A stretch of DNA of 37,082 nucleotides from a virus. Lineage: Duplodnaviria > Caudoviricetes. The stretch's first letter is position 1. The number at the start of each line of letters is the position of its first letter. Where the stretch lies: IMG/VR virus record IMGVR_UViG_3300022895_000234, positions 1 through 37,082 of that record. The stretch is one strand, 5' to 3'. Position numbers and translations under genes: made by a program. The notes beneath the pieces are model-generated. The model saw only the letters and a list, made by a program, of their open reading frames with translations, was not told the DNA's origin and searched no databases. Below, piece by piece: positions 32,628-37,082 of this stretch.

Positions 32628-32785
32628 CAGCGCACCTCGACCCTGATGCCGCGCTCCATCCACCGGAATACACGGCCAAGGTCCGGCTCGCGTCCGGAGA
32701 TGTGGCTGATAGCCAGGACGCCGGCCAGGTAGTACTTGAGCCGCCAGCTCTGTTGGTAGACGATTGTCGCAGTCATGCGAGCCAT
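32627..32785 (-). CDS. Small hypothetical protein (52 aa)
   Basis: MARMTATIVYQQSWRLKYYLAGVLAISHISGREPDLGRVFRWMERGIRVEVR; GGAG RBS; TGATG coupling to HNH. Confidence 0.6.
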   Translation of the reverse strand: MARMTATIVYQQSWRLKYYLAGVLAISHISGREPDLGRVFRWMERGIRVEVR

Positions 32786-32797
32786 GGCTCACGCTCC

Positions 32798-33022
32798 CTA
32801 TCTCTTGTACCAGGTCAATTGGAAGCACCGGGCATCCGCCGGCACCTCGGCAATCGGCCAGCGTAGGCAGTGCATGTGCTTTCGCTCAGGCCTAGCTCGG
32901 CTTACTCGAAGCGCCTGCACCAGGTATGCAGATCCGGCTGCGGTGGTGATGAAATCGCCAACTGCGATGCCCTCGGCGCCATCCAGGTAAAGCTTGCAAG
33001 GCGTGTAAGGCGCCTTGGCCAT
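32798..33022 (-). CDS. Hypothetical protein
   Basis: 74-aa ORF coupled (TGATG) to acb2. Confidence 0.7.
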   Translation of the reverse strand: MAKAPYTPCKLYLDGAEGIAVGDFITTAAGSAYLVQALRVSRARPERKHMHCLRWPIAEVPADARCFQLTWYKR

Positions 33023-33252
33023 CAGCTGAAAGGATCAGCGGGCTTGGCGATCGAACGCACGAACCACATAAAACCCTGCTGCAGGTTGGTTTTGGCCAGA
33101 GCTAAGGTGCGCTGATCAACCCCGTCAATCTGGCCGATCTGCTTGAACAGCTCGCCGGCATCCGCTTCCAGGGCCTTGATCGAGTTCATGCCGTCGATCT
33201 CGCTATGGGAGAGGTCGCGGTAGCCGGTGATCTTCTTGTGCTGGTTGTCCAT
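33022..33252 (-). CDS. acb2: Anti-CBASS sponge protein Acb2 homologue (Acb2/Tad1 hairpin family)
   Basis: [26 protein letters not shown] closely matches the recalled Pseudomonas phage Acb2 N-terminus ([26 protein letters not shown]); [24 protein letters not shown] matches [24 protein letters not shown]. GAGGA RBS. Confidence 0.85.
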   Translation of the reverse strand: [76 protein letters not shown]

Positions 33253-33311
33253 GGTGAATCCTCATGTGGGCGCGCCGTGAAACGGCGCATCTAGGTTTGG
33301 GCGCGACAGAG

Positions 33312-33542
33312 TTACTCGCCGCTCCAGCCCATCAACTTGAGCTGAGCATCAATGTGCTCGAGCTCTTTCCTGAAGTGATCTGCAAGTGGATCAACAACAG
33401 CAGCCAGCACAGCCGGCTCCTGATAATCACCGGTCAACATCAATGCAACCCCGGATCCACTCAGCACCGTATCCAGTCGCCGTTGCACTTGGTCACGCTT
33501 AGAGAACAGGCTGTAGGCGGTGGCAATCTGGTTTCGATTCAT
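33312..33542 (-). CDS. Hypothetical protein
   Basis: 76-aa ORF starting 3 nt after the holin stop. Confidence 0.65.
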   Translation of the reverse strand: MNRNQIATAYSLFSKRDQVQRRLDTVLSGSGVALMLTGDYQEPAVLAAVVDPLADHFRKELEHIDAQLKLMGWSGE

Positions 33543-33545
33543 TGA

Positions 33546-33869
33546 TCACCCCTGCGCCTTACGAGACAAGAACAGGTCGGAATAGCCGCGAAGCTTCTCC
33601 ACACCCATGAAGCCGACAGCACCACCAGCGAAGGTGGCCATGCCCTGAGGCAGCCCCATCCATTCGAGTAGCGGCACCAGAGCCAGGGTAATGAGGCCGC
33701 AGAGCGCGCCCTCCAAGACCATCTGCCGGCGAGTGCCGCCGCCGTACACCACCCGAAGGGCAGCGATCGCGACAGACAGGCCGGCGGCATACAGCTGAGG
33801 CTGGTGAGCCAGCACCCAAGCGAGCACAGCGGCCCACAGGCCAGGATCCTTCTCGGGCATGTTCGGCAT
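33546..33869 (-). CDS. Holin, lambda S family
   Basis: MPNMPEKDP start (compare lambda MKMPEK), IAALRVVYGGG, LEGALCG, FAGGAVGFMGVEKLR; three TM segments. Confidence 0.92.
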   Translation of the reverse strand: MPNMPEKDPGLWAAVLAWVLAHQPQLYAAGLSVAIAALRVVYGGGTRRQMVLEGALCGLITLALVPLLEWMGLPQGMATFAGGAVGFMGVEKLRGYSDLFLSRKAQG

Positions 33870-33951
33870 CTCAGTTCCTCCCTTTTGGGGAGCGGAGTAG
33901 GTTCGGCCTCAACAGCACTCCCAGCTCGGGGCGATGGGTGTGGTGGAGCCG

Positions 33952-33985
33952 AAAACGAAAAAGGCCCACCAGATCGGTGAGCCTT
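33952..33985 (-). terminator. Rho-independent terminator downstream of the tRNA-like element
   Basis: AAGGCTCACC-GATCT-GGTGGGCCTT followed by TTTCGTTTT. Confidence 0.8.
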
Positions 33986-33990
33986 GTAGT

Positions 33991-34098
33991 TGGTGCAGAT
34001 GGCCGGTGCGTACCCGGCTTACTCCCTCTCGTTCTATTTCAGCGGGCCTAGTGGGAGCGAGCGCCGCAATCTGCCATTCAGCCATGGCATTCATCTGC
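33991..34098 (-). ncRNA. tRNA-like RNA without a canonical anticodon arm
   Basis: 7-bp acceptor stem GCAGATG/CATCTGC, discriminator A and CCA; 5-bp stem with 7-nt loop GCCGG-GTACGCA-CCGGC in the T-arm position; TGCCAT-GGCTGA-ATGGCA in the D-arm position. Confidence 0.65.
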
Positions 34099-34100
34099 AT

Positions 34101-34130
34101 AAACGAAAAGCCCCAGCAAATGCCGGGGCC
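34101..34130 (-). terminator. Rho-independent terminator upstream of the tRNA-like element
   Basis: GCCCCGGCA-TT-TGCTGGGGC followed by TTTTCGTTT. Confidence 0.8.
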
Positions 34131-34151
34131 CTAGATGTAAATAAATAACAA

Positions 34152-34388
34152 TCAGCGAGGGGACATGCTGATCAGAAAATCTGGTTGCATGTCCTGAATC
34201 GACAAGGGATACCCCAGCAGATGAAGCTCGACCTCGGTAGGCGAGATAGCTGCTGAGCCGATCACCGCGTTCTTATCGAGCTTAATGCGCTCAAAAAACT
34301 CTTCGCTGAGGGTAACTCGAGCAACCTTCTCGTCTGGGTGAAGAGCTTCTTTCTGTTTAATTGCAGCAACAAGAACGTCCCAGCTCAT
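34152..34388 (-). CDS. Hypothetical protein in the late leader (moron-like, 78 aa)
   Basis: MSWDVLVAAIKQKEALHPDEKVARVTLSEEFFERIK..; G-rich RBS; lower GC; between two terminators. The longer ORF-track version crosses the promoter and a terminator. Confidence 0.6.
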   Translation of the reverse strand: MSWDVLVAAIKQKEALHPDEKVARVTLSEEFFERIKLDKNAVIGSAAISPTEVELHLLGYPLSIQDMQPDFLISMSPR

Positions 34389-34406
34389 AAGCCCCCACCA
34401 GAAAGT

Positions 34407-34432
34407 AAAAAGCCCAACGGTTGGCTGGGCTT
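34407..34432 (-). terminator. First late-leader terminator (tR'-like)
   Basis: AAGCCCAGC-CAACC-GTTGGGCTT followed by TTTACTTT, about 45 nt after the predicted start site. Confidence 0.8.
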
Positions 34433-34480
34433 GATTGGACAGCCACTCCTCAACACGCGCAGGAATGACAGGATGGGGAA

Positions 34481-34510
34481 ATAATCGGCCATGCGGCCAT
34501 TTGATGTCAA
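34481..34510 (-). promoter_or_regulatory. Late promoter (pR'-like) with a direct repeat in the spacer
   Basis: Perfect TTGACA overlapping the antiterminator stop, 18-nt spacer, GATTAT -10; the tandem ATGGCCG-C-ATGGCCG runs through the spacer. Confidence 0.7.
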
Positions 34511-35085
34511 GCGGCATTTTCCATCGAAAGGCCTTCGTAACTCAGGATCTCTCCCGCCGCCTCCAGAGCCTCTTCGGCCATCTGCCCTAAAACGTCTTCG
34601 ATACCCTTCCTCCAGCGGCGGCGAGTACGCTCAGGCCGAGCATCGGGGTCCCACCGGTTGACGTCGTAGAACTGTGCAGGCAGTACGATCATGTCGCTCG
34701 ACCGCCTCCCTTCGGCACCCTTCATTTTGGGAATAGCCCAGGCCGTCACAGCGCTAGTGATAAACAGCTTTGGCGCATGGGATGCAACCATCGGAATCAA
34801 GCGGCTAATCGACTGAACCTTCCGGCCCTTATGTGTGCTGAACCTGGCCACCAGCACATCCCAATGGCGCGGCTTCAACTGGCTGTGAAGACGCGCAAAG
34901 ACCCAGCAGTCAGCATCCATGCGGCTGATCTCGCCGCGCTCTACCGAGCGGCTCAGGGTAGCCATGTCGTGGCCATCCTCGCTGCCTGGCTCGTAGAGCT
35001 TCTGCCATGCCTGCTTGCTGGTGTTGTCGATCGCTTCCGCAGCCAGGGCCGATACGACCGCCGCGAGTACACTGCTATAAATCAT
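34507..35085 (-). CDS. Putative late-gene antiterminator (Q position; AlpA-like)
   Basis: Lies immediately upstream of the pR'-like promoter, terminators and holin. C-terminal ERTRRRWRKGIEDVLGQMAEEALEAAGEILSYEGL resembles Q/AlpA C-termini. Confidence 0.65.
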   Translation of the reverse strand: MIYSSVLAAVVSALAAEAIDNTSKQAWQKLYEPGSEDGHDMATLSRSVERGEISRMDADCWVFARLHSQLKPRHWDVLVARFSTHKGRKVQSISRLIPMVASHAPKLFITSAVTAWAIPKMKGAEGRRSSDMIVLPAQFYDVNRWDPDARPERTRRRWRKGIEDVLGQMAEEALEAAGEILSYEGLSMENAA

Positions 35086-35096
35086 GTCCTTCCCCC

Positions 35097-35414
35097 TCAA
35101 TCCCCGGTGTAGTTGCTGCCCCCGGCGCCGAGCCGGTTGCCTTCCTGATACTGCGCACCCGGACCGGTGGCCCGAGGGTTCTTCAACTGATCGATCTGCC
35201 GGTGCGCAGCCCATAGGGCCATGCTGAGCTGGGTAACCAGCTCATCCAGGGCCAGGGCTTCGCCTGTTGCAGCCACCACAAACCCCGAGGCATTGCAGTG
35301 GTCGCATGGCAGCTCGTAAAACGTGCCCATCGTGACCGCTCTCCCACGGCACAAAGGGCACTTGCCCAGCTCGATCACAGCCTTCCTGAAGGCCGGGCCG
35401 TGCTTCTTCATCAA
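35097..35414 (-). CDS. Zinc-finger hypothetical protein
   Basis: CPLCRGR..CDHCNASG (DnaJ-like CxxC pairs) followed by a coiled coil. Confidence 0.75.
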   Translation of the reverse strand: MMKKHGPAFRKAVIELGKCPLCRGRAVTMGTFYELPCDHCNASGFVVAATGEALALDELVTQLSMALWAAHRQIDQLKNPRATGPGAQYQEGNRLGAGGSNYTGD

Positions 35415-35698
35415 TCGACCACCTTCAGCCCTTGGGCCCGCAGCGACTTTTCAGCCAGCTCTCGCGCCCAATCCCCATCAGGGTCGCCCATGGACACGGG
35501 GAATGGGTTGGTCACGCGAAGCGCTTCACGGGATGCCCACCAGCCTTCCCGGCGAGCCTGGAAGGCCACTTCCTCCGCAGCCATCCAGCAGCCCTTGCAA
35601 GTGACGACGTAATCGCCAACTGCCGGGTCCCATTTGATGCCATCCGGGACCGGGAAGTGGCGCTCGAACTCGGCGCGGATCTTGTCGTCATTCTTCAT
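35411..35698 (-). CDS. Hypothetical phage protein (nin-region type)
   Basis: MKNDDKIRAEFE..GWWASREAL..SLRAQGLKV; ATGA coupling on both sides. Confidence 0.7.
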   Translation of the reverse strand: MKNDDKIRAEFERHFPVPDGIKWDPAVGDYVVTCKGCWMAAEEVAFQARREGWWASREALRVTNPFPVSMGDPDGDWARELAEKSLRAQGLKVVD

Positions 35699-36984
35699 TT
35701 CGAATCCTCGCTTATGGTGGATACCGGAAGGCCGTCGAAGCCCGCGCGCCCTGCGACCTCGCAGAGAATCCATGAATCCGTTGATCTATCACCGGTCAAG
35801 CCGTGAACCGAGGCGAAACCCTTCTGATCAAGGTGTGCGTGCCACTTCTCCAGCGCCTCGCGCTTGCGGGCCATGACGTCGGACTGGATGTACACCTTCA
35901 CGTTGTGGCCCATGGCGTGGTTGATCAGCAGCTCACCCACCAGGTGGTCAACACCGAGGTCAGCCCAACCGGTACGGGCCAGCTTGCGTAGGTCGTGGCT
36001 GGTCCACTCGCCCTGCCCCATGACCGAGAACACCGTAGAGGCCTTCGATTCGCTCATGGGCTTGCCCTGCCGCCCCGGGAACAGGAACTCGCCCTCGTAA
36101 CCCTGCTTGAGCTGGATCTCGCGGCAGGCCATCAGCAGGAAGCGCACCTGGTCGGTCAGCGGCAGGCGGTGCTGCACGCCGGTCTTGGTGTGCTCGGCGG
36201 GAATGAACCACTCCCGTTCGGCCAGGCTGATGTGGCTCCAGCGGGCCATGCGGGTTTCGCCCAGCCGGGTGCCGTGGCACAGCATCATCAGGGCCAGCAG
36301 GCCATGCTGCGGGTTGTGGGCCAGGGTGCTTTTCATGCGCGCCATCAGGTCTTCGAGGTGCACGCCACGCAGCCTCGACGGCTTGACCGTGACCTTGGCC
36401 TTGGAGAAATCACGGAAGCGGATGCCGGCCATAGGGTTGGTGCTGATCAGGCCGAGTTTGGCGGCCTGCCGGAAGGCCAACGCGAGCAACTGAAAGACCA
36501 GGCGCACGTAGTCGATCGAAAGCGACTCTTGCAGCGGCCACATCAGCTCGCGGTCGAGCAGCGCTTTGTCGATCTGGGCCAGTGGCGTTTCGCCCAGGCG
36601 CGGCGTCAGGTGCTGCTTGATAGCCGACGCCGCCGTGCTCTTGCGCTTGGCCGAAAGGCTGCGGTCGCGGGACATGCGCTCAGCGAACCAGGCCAGCAGC
36701 TCGCCGGTGAGCACCCAGCTCGACAGGCTCGATCCCTCCCCCGCTTCCAGACGCAGCCGGATATCCGGCAGTGCAGCAGCCACCTTGGCAGCGCTCAGCT
36801 CAGGGTATGAGCCGATCAGGTTCCACTTGCCCTTGTGCACCAGGTACCACGATCCGCGCTCGCGGGAGCGGTGAAAGCGGAAATACAGGCCATGGTTGCC
36901 CAAGGCGCGCAGGTCGCGCACCTGGCCGGCGGCCTGCCGGCGAATCTCTGCATCACTGATTTTGACAGCGGCGGTATTGGTCAT
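35695..36984 (-). CDS. Tyrosine recombinase / integrase-family protein
   Basis: Catalytic set GTRLGE (R), HTKTG (K), HDLRK (HxxR), INHAM (H) and VKVYIQ (Y); N-terminal arm-binding-like domain; ATGA coupling with the upstream gene. Confidence 0.9.
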   Translation of the reverse strand: MTNTAAVKISDAEIRRQAAGQVRDLRALGNHGLYFRFHRSRERGSWYLVHKGKWNLIGSYPELSAAKVAAALPDIRLRLEAGEGSSLSSWVLTGELLAWFAERMSRDRSLSAKRKSTAASAIKQHLTPRLGETPLAQIDKALLDRELMWPLQESLSIDYVRLVFQLLALAFRQAAKLGLISTNPMAGIRFRDFSKAKVTVKPSRLRGVHLEDLMARMKSTLAHNPQHGLLALMMLCHGTRLGETRMARWSHISLAEREWFIPAEHTKTGVQHRLPLTDQVRFLLMACREIQLKQGYEGEFLFPGRQGKPMSESKASTVFSVMGQGEWTSHDLRKLARTGWADLGVDHLVGELLINHAMGHNVKVYIQSDVMARKREALEKWHAHLDQKGFASVHGLTGDRSTDSWILCEVAGRAGFDGLPVSTISEDSK

Positions 36985-37082
36985 GCTGCAACCTCCGTTT
37001 TTGGCAGGGCCAGGTACGCCCTCAGGCACTCCATGGCGTCGAAATGCCCCTGACACACAACGGCCAGGTAGCCTTGGTCGTT
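36981..37082 (-). CDS. 3' end of a VRR-NUC domain nuclease (partial)
   Basis: NDQGYLAVVCQGHFDAMECLRAYLALPKTEVAA* matches the typical VRR-NUC C-terminus; truncated by the window edge. Confidence 0.6.
   Translation of the reverse strand, partial: NDQGYLAVVCQGHFDAMECLRAYLALPKTEVAA

Larger units (their letters stand above)
1596..37082 (-). mobile_element. Temperate siphovirus-like prophage (late operon plus accessory end); boundaries not visible
   Basis: Complete co-oriented packaging, head, tail and lysis modules in lambdoid order. Confidence 0.95.

Noticed and set aside
33991-34098. Calling the element a canonical tRNA or tRNA-Sec
   Set aside because: No 5-bp/7-nt anticodon arm after the D-like arm, no TTC in the T-loop and no U8, so no anticodon can be assigned.
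33909-34134. 63-aa and 66-aa ORFs over the tRNA-like element
   Set aside because: They cross terminator hairpins and lack a clear RBS; RNA structure explains the sequence better.

Overview
This window is most of a temperate, long-tailed HK97/lambda-like prophage from a Pseudomonas-type host (inferred from GC-rich codon usage and gene families). Nearly all genes are on the minus strand. Reading right to left: the end of a VRR-NUC gene, a tyrosine recombinase, two small genes, a Q/AlpA-like antiterminator with its late promoter and terminators, a holin, an Acb2 (anti-CBASS sponge) homologue, HNH, a cos region, terS/terL, portal, Clp-type protease, capsid, head-tail and tail genes (with a lambda-type GGGAAAG -1 frameshift), a membrane moron, tape measure, a 2891-aa modular tail-tip protein, tail fibre genes and endolysin/Rz/Rz1. 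An accessory end region follows: adenine methyltransferase, two paralogous small proteins, SRAP, umuDC with LexA boxes, and a HEPN-like gene pair. Most notable: (1) a 108-nt CCA-ending tRNA-like RNA with no anticodon arm, between two terminators in the late leader; (2) a three-hairpin antisense RNA candidate with a LexA box upstream of the methyltransferase; (3) the Acb2 homologue; (4) the repeat-and-cassette tail-tip protein; (5) the HEPN-like pair. All family assignments come from motif recognition and synteny, not database searches. No att site or prophage boundary is visible.
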